A stretch of DNA of 64,000 bases. Origin: an uncultured Verrucomicrobiae bacterium (lineage in GTDB: Bacteria > Verrucomicrobiota > Verrucomicrobiia > Chthoniobacterales > UBA10450). This document shows positions 22,902 through 33,361 of the stretch, one piece after another. How positions within the stretch are numbered: position 1 is the stretch's first letter; the number at the start of each line of letters is the position of its first letter. The position numbers were made by a program, and so were the translations under genes. Below the pieces are notes generated by a model that was given only the letters and a program-made list of their open reading frames with translations, had not been told where the DNA came from and searched no databases. The stretch lies in the NCBI GenBank assembly GCA_963756875.1, contig CAVWPA010000001.1, positions 192,001 to 256,000 of the forward strand, read 5' to 3'.

Positions 22902-23726
22902 ATGACCGTGAGAGCGAGGCCATTGCGCGTTGGCAAAGTGATCATTGGCGGGAAACGCCCGGCATTCATCCTCGGGCCGTGCGTGATCGAGTCGGAAAAG
23001 TTTGTCTGGCGGATGGCGCAAAAAATCGCGCAAATTTGCGCGGCGGAGGACGTCGATTTTATTTTCAAGGCGTCTTACGATAAGGCGAACCGGACGTCGG
23101 TGCGCTCATTCCGAGGCATTGGTCTTCGCGAAGGTTGCGAGGTGTTGGCGGCCATTGGCCGGAAATTGAAGATTCCGGTCACGACGGACGTGCACTCGCC
23201 AGGTGAAGCGGAAATCGCCGGCGATCAGATCGATCTGTTGCAAATTCCGGCCTTTTTGTGCCGGCAAACGGACCTGCTGCGCGCCGCCGCGGCGACCGGT
23301 CGGGCGATCAATGTAAAGAAAGGCCAGTTTCTGGCGCCGTGGGACGTCAAGAACATCGCCGAAAAACTTACTGCATTTGGCAATGCCAAATTCTGTTTTA
23401 CCGAGCGCGGGACTACCTTTGGGTACAATAATCTCGTGGCGGACATGCGCTCGCTTTATTGGATACGAGAAGCTGGCTATCACGTTCTCTTCGACGCCAC
23501 CCATTCCGTGCAGCGGCCCAGTGGAGCGGGGGATGTGACTTCGGGTGACGGCGTGCTTGCGCCCGTGCTGGCACGCGCAGCGATGGCGGCTGGCTGTGAC
23601 GGAATTTTTATGGAAGTGCATGAGAATCCTGAGCGCGCGCTTTCCGATGCGGCCAACCAGGTCCGGCTAAAGGATTTGCCGAAGCAGTTGCGCATGTTAA
23701 AAGCTATTCATGCTGCCGTTTCGTAG
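22902..23726 (+). CDS. kdsA: KDO-8-phosphate synthase
   Basis: GPCVIES, KASYDKANRTS, QIPAFLCRQTDL, NVKKGQF, FDATHSVQ. Confidence 0.97.
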   Translation: MTVRARPLRVGKVIIGGKRPAFILGPCVIESEKFVWRMAQKIAQICAAEDVDFIFKASYDKANRTSVRSFRGIGLREGCEVLAAIGRKLKIPVTTDVHSPGEAEIAGDQIDLLQIPAFLCRQTDLLRAAAATGRAINVKKGQFLAPWDVKNIAEKLTAFGNAKFCFTERGTTFGYNNLVADMRSLYWIREAGYHVLFDATHSVQRPSGAGDVTSGDGVLAPVLARAAMAAGCDGIFMEVHENPERALSDAANQVRLKDLPKQLRMLKAIHAAVS

Positions 23727-24351
23727 CGATTGCTGCGATCGGGTGGGAGCGATTGATTTCGATTGCCCTGAAGTTGGAGGCGACGACGAACCAACCCGGG
23801 GCGGTTTGCTAAACCGCTTCTGCCTGCGCACCGTTGTCTGGTCGCTCTCCATCGTGTTCACGTTGAACATGCTCTCCGGAGAGAATGCGCTTGCCGACAA
23901 AAAGAAGGGCAGAGGCGGAAGGAAAAAGCGATCCGGGGCTGTCGCGTCACCAGGCGAACAAAGCCTGGCGAACATTCCGCTGCCGGTCGGCCAGGAAGCA
24001 AAAGGCCTGGTGCTCCCCGATTTCGATCTGCAGGGACGCTTGCGAGGGAAATTCGAGGCCGGCGAAGCGAGGCGCATCGACGAGGAACACGTCGGATTTC
24101 ACGGATTGAAAATCACAACCTACACGCCCGACAACAAGCTCGACCTGGTCATCGAAATGAACGATTCGGTCCTGGATTTGAAAACGCACGTCCTCATCTC
24201 GAAGGAACGGACGACAATCCGCCGCGCCGATTTTAACATTACGGGAGATTCTGTACAGTTCGATGCAAACACGCACACGGGGAAACTAGTGGGAAACGTT
24301 AAAATGGTGATCACCGATCAATCGCATTTCAAGCCGCAGACAAACGAATGA
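23710..24351 (+). CDS. lptC: LptC-like LPS export periplasmic protein (true start probably downstream)
   Basis: Between kdsA and lptA/lptB; TM segment then beta-jellyroll-like C-terminus ending GKLVGNVKM. Confidence 0.7.
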   Translation: MLPFRSDCCDRVGAIDFDCPEVGGDDEPTRGGLLNRFCLRTVVWSLSIVFTLNMLSGENALADKKKGRGGRKKRSGAVASPGEQSLANIPLPVGQEAKGLVLPDFDLQGRLRGKFEAGEARRIDEEHVGFHGLKITTYTPDNKLDLVIEMNDSVLDLKTHVLISKERTTIRRADFNITGDSVQFDANTHTGKLVGNVKMVITDQSHFKPQTNE

Positions 24352-25022
24352 AAAACGGGGCGGCCTTTAGTTTGCTTTTGGTAATGATGACGGCCGGCCG
24401 CTTGTTCGGGCAGGCATCGGCTTCTCCGGCGGAATCGGCGACAGCCATTGCGAACAAGCAACCCTCGGCAGACCAGCAAAAAGAAAGGAAAAAAGACCGG
24501 GACAAATTCTTCGGAAGTGCCGGATCTCAAACAAACGGACCGGTGACCACTGAGATCTATGCCGACGAAGCGTTTTTTGATTCAAACAAAAACGTGGGAA
24601 CTTTCACAGGCCATGTGAAGATCACCGACCCGCGTTTTACCCTGCAATCGGACAGGCTGACAGTTTTGATTGCGAAAGGTCAAAACCAGGCGCTGGAAAG
24701 AGCGGTCGCAGAGGGAAATGTGGCGGTGGTGCGCGACCGGCCCGCCCCGAATGGCGGCGCGCCCAGTCGCGCCGTCGGTCGCGCGGACAAGGCGACTTAC
24801 ACGGCGTCTAACGGCAATATGGAACTGAGTGGAATGCCGCGAGTGCAGGAAGGACTGAATATTCACGTGGCAACGAGTCCCGACACGGTAATGGTCATCA
24901 ATCAGAATGGACAGTTGACTACGCACGGACCAAGCCGGACAGAGATTCGGCAGGAACCAAAAAAGGAAGAGGGCGAAAAGAAAGCGCAGACTTCACCAGC
25001 TTCAGCTTCACCAACGCCATGA
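24348..25022 (+). CDS. lptA: LptA/OstA family protein
   Basis: Signal peptide; [26 protein letters not shown] OstA-like strands. Confidence 0.85.
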   Translation: MKNGAAFSLLLVMMTAGRLFGQASASPAESATAIANKQPSADQQKERKKDRDKFFGSAGSQTNGPVTTEIYADEAFFDSNKNVGTFTGHVKITDPRFTLQSDRLTVLIAKGQNQALERAVAEGNVAVVRDRPAPNGGAPSRAVGRADKATYTASNGNMELSGMPRVQEGLNIHVATSPDTVMVINQNGQLTTHGPSRTEIRQEPKKEEGEKKAQTSPASASPTP

Positions 25023-25805
25023 CCAGTCGCCCCGCATCCGTTGCCAGCCCGGGCGTGTCTGGGTCGACTCCGAAGAGAGCGCCTGATGTGCTTTCCACGG
25101 ATCAATTGGTAAAGATCTACGGCGGACGCGCGGTGGTCGATGGAGTGAATATTACGGCCAAGGCCGGGGAGATCGTTGGCCTGCTTGGACCGAACGGTGC
25201 CGGTAAAACGACCAGTTTTTACATGATTGTCGGACTCGTTAGGCCAAACAGCGGGCGCGTCATATTCAGCGGAAAGGATGTGACCAACTATCCAATGTAC
25301 AAGCGCGCACGGCTTGGCATGGGCTATCTGCCACAGGAAGAATCGATCTTTCGCAAGATGACAGTGGAACAAAACATCATGGCCATCCTCCAGACGATGC
25401 CTATGATCGAAGCACGAGCGGCGACAGCGCTGCGAACAATTGCTGCATCAATTCGGAATCGAGCGGATTGCGAAAAACCAGGCGCTCACTTTGAGCGGCG
25501 GCGAGAAGCGCCGGCTCACGATTGCGCGCTCGCTGGTGACCCATCCGAAATTGCTCATGCTCGATGAGCCGTTCAGTGGTGTCGATCCAATTGCGGTCTA
25601 CGATGTGCAGCAGATCATTGTAAATCTGCGCAAGTCCGGGCTGGCCATCCTGATCACCGATCACAACGTGCGCGAGACACTGTCGATCGTAGATCGCGCG
25701 TATCTCATCTACGAAGGCCGCGTCGAGAGCGAAGGCACAAAAGATTTCCTCATCAACGATCCGATCAGCCGCCAGCTTTATCTTGGCGAACGATTCAAGA
25801 TGTGA
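25019..25805 (+). CDS. lptB: LPS export ABC ATPase LptB, split by one extra base near 25406
   Basis: [12 protein letters not shown] and YLPQEESIF in frame 1; LSGGEKRR and [10 protein letters not shown] in frame 2; removing one base gives [18 protein letters not shown]. Confidence 0.93.
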
Positions 25806-26028
25806 GGGGAATGCCAAATGACGGAAGGAGCCCGACCGCGCATTGTGCAGCTTCCGGGGAGCTGCACGCGCCTCGCGTGCCCGTTTTGGCGCCCCGCCAA
25901 AACAGTCTTTGATAACGTAAGAGCCCGCGACGACGTGCACGCGTTATAGGGCAAGCGCTCCGCTTGCCAGCTGGTGAACGGCAACCGGTGCGGTTGCCCT
26001 ACAACTATTTCAGTGAGGCGATGATCGC

Positions 26029-29000
26029 CTAGAAGCTCCAGGTAAAGCCGCCGCTTGCGCCGTTGTTGTCTGTAGTTGCCGCGGCCGAGCAGCCCGTCGT
26101 AGTAAACGTAGATGGCGAAGGCGGGGTTAAGTTGCGCACTGGCGCCGGCTCTCACCTGCGCGCCGTCGCGACCAACGTTCGGTCCGTAGACGGTGAAACC
26201 GCCCGGGCAACCAAGAAAGCCCGCATCGATGGGATAGGCCCGATCGTTGTATTCATGCAGCCAGGCGACATTCAATTCGGGGCGGATGATGACGGTTTTG
26301 GATGGGTGCAGATCGTAACTGGCTCTTACCCCCACCGTGCTTTGCAGTGAATCTTCGTTCTGATCCGGGAAATTCAGGGGAGCCAGGGAACCTCTCTCCC
26401 TGAACTGATCGATGGTGACGTCGGTGTATTGGAAGGTGGCCCTGGGCCCGATGTTCCAGCAACCAAAGCGCCAGTCGTAACCGAGCGCGCCCAGCACATT
26501 GTATTGACTGCCTTTGGTGCTGCCGACGGCGTCACCCAAAAGAGCGGCCCGCCGAGTCTTGTAATTGTTCCAGGTACCGCCCCCGCTGACATCGACATAA
26601 AACCTGTCCCAGGACCAGGTGGCAAAGCCGCCCACGTTGCCGCCATTGGTGGTAATGCGGCCGTCGTTCACCAGGTTGGCTACGCCGGCATCGTAGCCGC
26701 CGTAAATGCCAAAAGCCAGGTTGTGCAACAAGCGGTAATCGATGCCCACGGTGAAGTTGCCGTTGGAAAGATCGTAGCCGGTGGCGTTGTCATCGTCGCC
26801 TCCGACATTGACGAACTGGCCCGAGCCGGTGGCCCAGATACCCCAGCGATTTTCAGGGGTGGGGACGAAGGCCGGAACGGGGTTCTTGTTAAGGACCTCT
26901 TTGCCATCGGACTCCTTGCTATAACTTGGGGCGGGCATTTCCATGGCAACGCTCGAGCAAAACCCAGTGGACCCGGCGCGGATATCATCCATGCGCTGCA
27001 TGAGGTTGACCCCTTGCATGTTGGCCTGGGTGAAACCCATCTCGTAGATGGAAGCCAGTTCTTCGGGCGCGATCAGGTCGTAATCGTACGGGAGATTAAC
27101 CAGCGGCTCGTTGCCAACAAAGCTAATCACCCGGGGCACGCAATTATCCAGGAACGCGTTGTCCAGGGCCGCGCCCACTGCCCTTTGGTTACGCGTGATG
27201 CCCTGGGATTCGAATGTGTTGGAAAGGAAAAAGCCGATGTCCACCGTGAAAGGATCGTCATAGAGATCCAGCGGCTGAATCAGGCCGAGCCAGTTGATCG
27301 GAATCAAAGTGTCGAACGATCCGCTTCTCCCCAAATTGGTTTCGATTACGGTGACTCGGTCACCGGGCAGCGGCATGAAATTGTTGATCCGCGGGACCAC
27401 GATGGTGCCGCCCTGAATGTCGGCCGCGCGATATACGTACAACAGATCGCTGCCATTTCCTTCGGTAAGGCTGCCCACTTCGGTGATGACCGCACCATCA
27501 ACCAAGTTGTGGAAATCCTTTTGCACAAAGAACACCTCCGGGTCGCCCGGAAAATCTCCCGGACTAACAATGCCGCGGCTGATCAGATTGCCGCCTACAT
27601 TGGCAGGTCCTCCGCTGTAAGTGCCCCCGAGGAAAGCGTTGAAATTCACGCGAGTATCGCCCGCGACCGAGCCATCAATGAACAAATTGGCGCTGTCGGT
27701 GACAGTGGTATCGCCTGTGTAACCGTTGAAGTTGGTCAGGAAGAGAGTGCCGCTGTCCCGCACGGTCAGGCCTCCGGGACCGCTCAAAAAGCTGCTGATG
27801 GTGGAAGTGGTGCCGTTGGTATCAACAAAGACGCCGACCGGACCGGTGTTATTCAGCGAGGCGCTGTCAGTAAAATCGGTGTCGTCCAGAAAGCGCAGGA
27901 TGCCGCCATCGAAGGTGAGCGCGCCACTAATGATATTGTAGGTCGAATCAACCGCCAAAACGCCCGGACCACCGCTGCCCGCGCCCCAGACTGTGAGGGC
28001 ACCCGCGCTAACGCTTCCTCCGTTGGTAATGCGAAGCTCGCCATCGCCGCCGGGTCCGCCGGCATCGCCGCCGACGAAGATAGTCCCCACATTCAACAGC
28101 ATCGAACCTGCGCCATCAACCAGCACTCTGCCCATGGAACCGGCGTTCCGGCCAATCCACGTGGTGACAGGATCAACCAAACCTCCATCGAGAATCTGCA
28201 GTGCGCCGTTGCCATTATGTCCGACGGTCAGATCGTTATCAATATACCATTCCGAAGGAAACGCATTAAAACCGCTGACCACGACTGTTCCGGTGCTTGA
28301 GCCGCCATCGGCGATGATGCCTTCGCCATTCGTTCGTACCAAGCCGCCGTTGAGAATTCGCATCGCTCCGTTACCGGATATTCCGATGACGGTATCCCTG
28401 ACGGAGTCCAAATTAGGAGCAGTGATGTCCGGGCCGATGACTTCAATCATTCCGGTGGAGGTGGAAGCGTTTCCGACGTAGACGTACATCGCCGAAACCT
28501 TGGCCGTGTCCCGTATTCGCAACTAACCATCGCCGGTGAGACCCACCACGACATTGTTGGTAATTGTCCAGCTTGCACTGTCCCGCAGACTTACCTGGCC
28601 CATCGATCCGGCTGCGTTGCCGATGACGCCATTTCCGCCGGTCGTGACGGACGCGGTGTCTTGGAAAACTGCCGCGCTTAATGTCGAACTGGAGGCATTG
28701 CCGATAACAAGGTTGTTTCCGACAGAAAGCGTGCCGGAGCTAAAAATGTTCAGATTGCCCCATTGAGTGGCGCTCTGTCCAAGCGCCAGATTTAACGCGG
28801 TAGCGCCCGCACTGCCTATCCTCGCCGTGCCACCGTTACTGATGTGTGCGCTTTGGCCCGCAGTCGGCGGGCTGGCAAACGACCAGTTGGTTCCCGTAAA
28901 CCAGTTCCCGGTGCTTCCGATCCAGACGTCCTGCGCGCGCAGTGACGGCACGACGGAAAGCAGTCCGCAAAAGACTGCAGTGGACAAAAGGGCCACGGAG

Positions 29001-29032
29001 GCTCGTGACGAAAAAGTGGATGGGCATTTCAT
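26029..29032 (-). pseudogene. Autotransporter (type Va) with Gly-rich repeat passenger; in-frame TAG at 28523-28525 and +1 base near 26071
   Basis: Signal peptide MKCPST..SLRA-QD; repeated VG..G.G.L.I..GG.V units; GGLTVRDSGTLFLTNFNGYTGDTTV passenger repeat; beta-barrel from RWGIWATG; corrected end DNNGASGGFTWSF*. Confidence 0.8.
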
Positions 29033-29355
29033 AAAATTAGTCTTCCGGTTAGTAAGTTCCAGACGGTTAGGCAACCTGATTGATAAGAAAACGGGCGAGA
29101 GGGTTCAACCAAATAAAGGAGGGGCGGGTAAATAATTTTCAGAGTTACTAGAAACCCATGCTCTGCGTCTCCGCCTCGCGGTTTCAAGATGCGAGAACGA
29201 GGTAAAAAATCCCGAGTGACCCGCCTTCGCACCAGGCTTCGGCGCGGCAGGCGAATACCGAGGGAATGGACAGTCGATCCACTCTCGTTCCACTACGGCG
29301 CGGCAAGGTGGTTGCCTTACAGTTGTCGTCGCCTAACTAATTTGGTCAGACGACG

Positions 29356-29411
29356 TGGCATCGGCTTCCATCCGATGTCTGAACAATCTCATCGGCAGGA
29401 TGCCGATGCCA
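29356..29411. repeat. REP-like palindrome pair
   Basis: tggcatcggcttccatccgatg ... catcggcaggatgccgatgcca. Confidence 0.7.
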
Positions 29412-29479
29412 GGGCTCTTTCTGCCTGCGATGCGTATTGGAAATGGCGCCGCTTCCGCGTTACAGGTTAGGCCGTCCCA

Positions 29480-30475
29480 ATGAGCGATCCGACAGGCACA
29501 CAAGCGATTACATCGAGGAGCGACCGGCGCAAAAGCGTGCCGGTCGTCACGGTGGAGAGCTTTTACAACACGCACGCCGAAAAGTTGCTGATGAAACTGG
29601 AAGGGGCGCGCGTGGGATTCCATCGCAAGATTCGCGAGCCCACCATCAATCGACCCGGCCTGGCGCTTTCCGGTTTCTACACCTACTTCGCGGAGAAACG
29701 GGTGCAGGTGCTGGGCGCCGCGGAGCATTCGTATCTGAAGAATTTGCCGGAAAAGGTGCGGGTCACCCGTTTTCGCGAACTCTGCGAGCAAAAAATCCCG
29801 TGTCTGGTTCTCTCACGCTCGTTCCACCTCGACCCGGTGCTGGCTCCTGTCGCCGCCGAGGAGGAAATCGCCGTGTTCCGGACGCCGATGATTACGATGA
29901 AATTCATTAACGCGGCAACCATCGCTCTGGAGATGGATTTTTCGCCAAGGGTGACGGAGTTCGGCAGCATGGTCGATATCCTCGGGGTGGGCGTTTTTAT
30001 TCGCGGCAAGAGCGGCATCGGGAAAAGCGAATGCGTGCTGGGATTGATCGAGCGCGGTCACAGTCTGGTGTCGGACGACGTGACACGGGTTACGTCGCTC
30101 GAAGGCCGCGAATTGGTGGCGACAGCGCCGCAACTCACTCGCAATCACATGGAAGTGCGCGGCATCGGCATCATCAACGTGGCAAATATTTTCGGTATAG
30201 GCAGCATTCGAATCGAAAAGCGGCTGGATCTGGTGGTGACGCTGAAAGATTGGCACGAGCTGGAAGAAGTGGAACGGATCGGGCTGGACCAGGAATTCTA
30301 CGAGATTATGGGCATGCCTGTGCCGCACGTGACGATTCCGGTGAAACCGGGGAGGGACATTGCGCGCTTGATCGAAGTGGCGGCGTTGGACCAAAAATTG
30401 AAGGGACTCGGCCTGAACAGCGCGATCGAGTTCGACACCAAGCTGCGCAATTTAATGAAGCCGAAATCGAGCTAA
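29480..30475 (+). CDS. hprK: HPr kinase/phosphorylase
   Basis: INRPGLALSG, GKSGIGKSE, LVSDD, MEVRGIGIIN, PVKPGRD. Confidence 0.97.
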   Translation: MSDPTGTQAITSRSDRRKSVPVVTVESFYNTHAEKLLMKLEGARVGFHRKIREPTINRPGLALSGFYTYFAEKRVQVLGAAEHSYLKNLPEKVRVTRFRELCEQKIPCLVLSRSFHLDPVLAPVAAEEEIAVFRTPMITMKFINAATIALEMDFSPRVTEFGSMVDILGVGVFIRGKSGIGKSECVLGLIERGHSLVSDDVTRVTSLEGRELVATAPQLTRNHMEVRGIGIINVANIFGIGSIRIEKRLDLVVTLKDWHELEEVERIGLDQEFYEIMGMPVPHVTIPVKPGRDIARLIEVAALDQKLKGLGLNSAIEFDTKLRNLMKPKSS

Positions 30476-30789
30476 TGGGCCTGGTAAACCGGAAAACAGA
30501 CGGTGGCGCGGCGGGCGACCCAAAGATTGAGAAAGACATTCCAATCATCAATCGACTGGGCATGCACGCTCGTCCCGCCGCCATGTTCGTTCGGGCGGCG
30601 ACGCGGTATCGGGCGGAAATCTGGGTGGCGAAGGAGGGGGAAGAAGTGAACGGCAAGAGCATCATGGGGTTGATGATGCTGGCGGCCGGGCAGGGATCGA
30701 AGTTGCGCATTCGCTGCGAAGGGCCTGATGCCGAGCAGGCCATGGCGGAGCTCGAGGAATTAATTAATGCGCGCTTCCACGAAGATTAA
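30475..30789 (+). CDS. ptsH: Phosphocarrier protein HPr
   Basis: LGMHARPAA (His15) and GKSIMGLMML (Ser46); ATG overlaps the hprK stop. Confidence 0.95.
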   Translation: MGLVNRKTDGGAAGDPKIEKDIPIINRLGMHARPAAMFVRAATRYRAEIWVAKEGEEVNGKSIMGLMMLAAGQGSKLRIRCEGPDAEQAMAELEELINARFHED

Positions 30790-30813
30790 GTTCCGGTTAC
30801 TCTCCCGCTGTGG

Positions 30814-32583
30814 ATGAGTAACGATAAAGCGCCTCAGGAAATTCGGCTCCAGGGAGCGGGCGTGTCTCCAGGCATCGCCCACGGCAGCCTGCACGTCGTG
30901 CGCGAGGATTTCGACGACGTGGCGCGTTATCAAATCGAGCCGTCCCAGATAGGGGATGAAATCGCACGCTTCGAAACGGCGCTGGTGCAAACGCGTGTGC
31001 AAATCCTGGAGATGCAGCAGAAGATCGCTGAGGCGATCGGGATGAAAGACGCGGCGATTTTCGATGCGCATCTGCTGGTGGTGGAGGACCGCACTCTCAT
31101 CGACGAGGTGTTGCGCAAACTGGAGACCGATCTTTGCAATGTGGAATGGGTTTTTCAGGAGGTCGCCACCAGTTACGCCGAGACGCTCGCCAAGATGGAC
31201 GATCCGTACCTGCGGGAGCGCGCACTCGACATTCAGGATGTGACGCAGCGGATCATTCGAAATCTTCAGGGCAAAGCGCCACAGCCGTTTCTGGCTGTCG
31301 AGGAGCCGCACATCTTGGTTGCGCACAATCTTACGCCCTCGGACACGGCTTCGATGAACACAGATCTCGTTCTGGGCATCGCCACCGATCTTGGGAGCCG
31401 CACTTCGCACACCGCCATCATGGCGCGCTCACTGAGTATTCCTGCCGTGGTAGGCTTGCACCATGCAACCGAAAAACTGGAGAACGGCCAGCGCGTCCTG
31501 CTTGATGGATACAGCGGTTTGCTGATTGTTGATCCAACCCCGGAAACGCTTTCCTACTACGGCGAGATCGAGCTGAGGAAAGGCCTGGTAAAGGAGCAGC
31601 TGCGCGAACTTCGCGAAACAAAATCGACAACGCGCGACGGACGCCATGTTGTTCTTTCGGCCAACATCGAATTGCCCGGCGACGTCGATGCGGTTCTCGC
31701 AAACGGCGCCGAAGGGATCGGGCTTTACCGGACGGAATTTCTTTTTGTGAATCGGGACACCCTGCCAAGCGAAGAGGAACAGTACGCAACGTATCGGAAA
31801 GTGGCCGAACGCGTGTTTCCCCAGCCCCTCATCGTTCGAACGTTTGATCTTGGCGGCGACAAACTCGCTACCGGCACCGTCGACGTGGGCGATGAGATGA
31901 ATCCCTTTCTGGGGTGGCGCGCCATTCGTCTCTGCCTGGAAAACCTTGATCTGTTCAAGACACAGCTGCGCGCCATTCTTCGCGCCAGTGCCGTCGGCAA
32001 CATTAAGATCATGTTCCCGATGATCTCCGGTCTGGAAGAATTACGCCAGGCGAAGTCGGTCCTGAACGATTGCAGAAAGGAATTGCACGCCGCCGGGACC
32101 AAAATGGGCGAAAAAATGGAGGTCGGCGCCATGATCGAAATCCCGAGCGCTGCCATTGCGTCGGACATACTTGCGCGCGAAGTCGATTTTTTCAGCATCG
32201 GCACAAACGATTTGATTCAATACGTCATCGCGGTCGATCGCGTGAACGAGCGCATTGCGCATCTTTACGAGCCGACGCATCCGTCGGTTTTGCGCCTGTT
32301 GAAGCTGACCACGGATGCCGCGCACGCGAGCAACATCTGGGTCGGTGTTTGCGGTGAGATGGCGAGCGATGTCGCCCTCACGCCACTTTTGCTTGGCTTT
32401 GGCGTAGATGAATTGAGTGTGGGAGCGATGTCTGTGCCCCGGGTGAAACTGGCCGTGCAGAGCCTGGCCGTTCCGGAATGCAGGCAGCTTGTCGACGAAG
32501 TGCTCAAGCTTGAGACAGCATCCGAAATTCTGGCGCGCTCCCTCGAGCTGGCCAACAAGCGTTACGGCGATTTGCTCGGGTGA
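30814..32583 (+). CDS. ptsI: PTS enzyme I
   Basis: GSRTSHTAIMARS, GIGLYRTEFLF, NPFLGWRAIR, FSIGTNDLIQY, GVCGEMA. Confidence 0.97.
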   Translation: MSNDKAPQEIRLQGAGVSPGIAHGSLHVVREDFDDVARYQIEPSQIGDEIARFETALVQTRVQILEMQQKIAEAIGMKDAAIFDAHLLVVEDRTLIDEVLRKLETDLCNVEWVFQEVATSYAETLAKMDDPYLRERALDIQDVTQRIIRNLQGKAPQPFLAVEEPHILVAHNLTPSDTASMNTDLVLGIATDLGSRTSHTAIMARSLSIPAVVGLHHATEKLENGQRVLLDGYSGLLIVDPTPETLSYYGEIELRKGLVKEQLRELRETKSTTRDGRHVVLSANIELPGDVDAVLANGAEGIGLYRTEFLFVNRDTLPSEEEQYATYRKVAERVFPQPLIVRTFDLGGDKLATGTVDVGDEMNPFLGWRAIRLCLENLDLFKTQLRAILRASAVGNIKIMFPMISGLEELRQAKSVLNDCRKELHAAGTKMGEKMEVGAMIEIPSAAIASDILAREVDFFSIGTNDLIQYVIAVDRVNERIAHLYEPTHPSVLRLLKLTTDAAHASNIWVGVCGEMASDVALTPLLLGFGVDELSVGAMSVPRVKLAVQSLAVPECRQLVDEVLKLETASEILARSLELANKRYGDLLG

Positions 32584-32592
32584 TCAACCTGG

Positions 32593-32715
32593 TGTCATCC
32601 CGAGCTGCGCAGACGGCGAGGAACCTCACAACTGGCCGTCGATGCCCTCAACATTCAGCGTCCCCAAAAACACGAAGCGCGTGATGTGAGGTTCCTCGCT
32701 ACGCTCGGAATGACA
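32593..32715. repeat. TGTCATCCCGAGC-type long inverted repeat
   Basis: tgtcatcccgagc..gcgaggaacctcaca ... tgtgaggttcctcgc..ctcggaatgaca between convergent genes. Confidence 0.85.
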
Positions 32716-32735
32716 GGCCGTGTGCAGGCGCCGCG

Positions 32736-33218
32736 CTATTCTTCCTCGCTCGATCCCGCCTCGGGATCGGGCTTGAGCCCTTCCTCTTCCATCTTTCGCA
32801 GCACGTCGCTCATGTCGTCCACTTCGTCCCAGACCTCCTGACTTACGTAAATCGGGGCTTTTTGCTGAGTGGCGATGGCAATGCAATCGCTCGGTCGCGC
32901 ATCGAGCTCGATGATTTTTTTCTGCTGCAACTCGTTCTCGGCGCGAATGATCGCGCGCGCGTAATAAGTCGCGTTCTTGAGATCGTTGATGATCACGCGC
33001 TCAACTTTTGCGCCGAGAGCTGTCATCAGGTGCGCCATCAGGTCGTGAGTAAGGGGACGCTCCTTCGTGATCTCGCGCATAAACATGGTGATCGCGCTCC
33101 CGACGGTTTGATCCACGTAGATGATAAACACCTTGTCGTTGTTCCCTATGAAAACCGCGCACCCGCCGCTGGTCGGCAAAACGGCGCGCACCTGCACTTC
33201 GATCACCGTCTTATTCAT
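32736..33218 (-). CDS. Bifunctional nuclease family protein (DUF151)
   Basis: RPLTHDLM and DARPSDCIAIA motifs. Confidence 0.92.
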   Translation of the reverse strand: MNKTVIEVQVRAVLPTSGGCAVFIGNNDKVFIIYVDQTVGSAITMFMREITKERPLTHDLMAHLMTALGAKVERVIINDLKNATYYARAIIRAENELQQKKIIELDARPSDCIAIATQQKAPIYVSQEVWDEVDDMSDVLRKMEEEGLKPDPEAGSSEEE

Positions 33219-33361
33219 CCCGGTGAACGTTATCCGCGCAGAGAGGAAAAACAAGCGGAGCGCTAGATGAAGCAGGCGTGAAATTTTTTTTTAAGCCGCT
33301 TGCATGTTTTGCGTGCTCATTGAAAATGCGCATGCGGCCGGCTGCCGCGCGATAAAGCGAA

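Noticed and set aside
25019..25805. Programmed frameshifting in lptB (also speA, creD)
   Set aside because: No common slippery site or stimulator; same-sign single-base insertions are better explained by sequence error.
26429..28300. 623-aa plus-strand ORF
   Set aside because: Antisense to the autotransporter; explained by codon bias in GC-rich DNA.
28523..28525. Pyrrolysine or amber recoding of the autotransporter TAG
   Set aside because: TAG is used as a normal stop in many genes here and no pyl genes are present.
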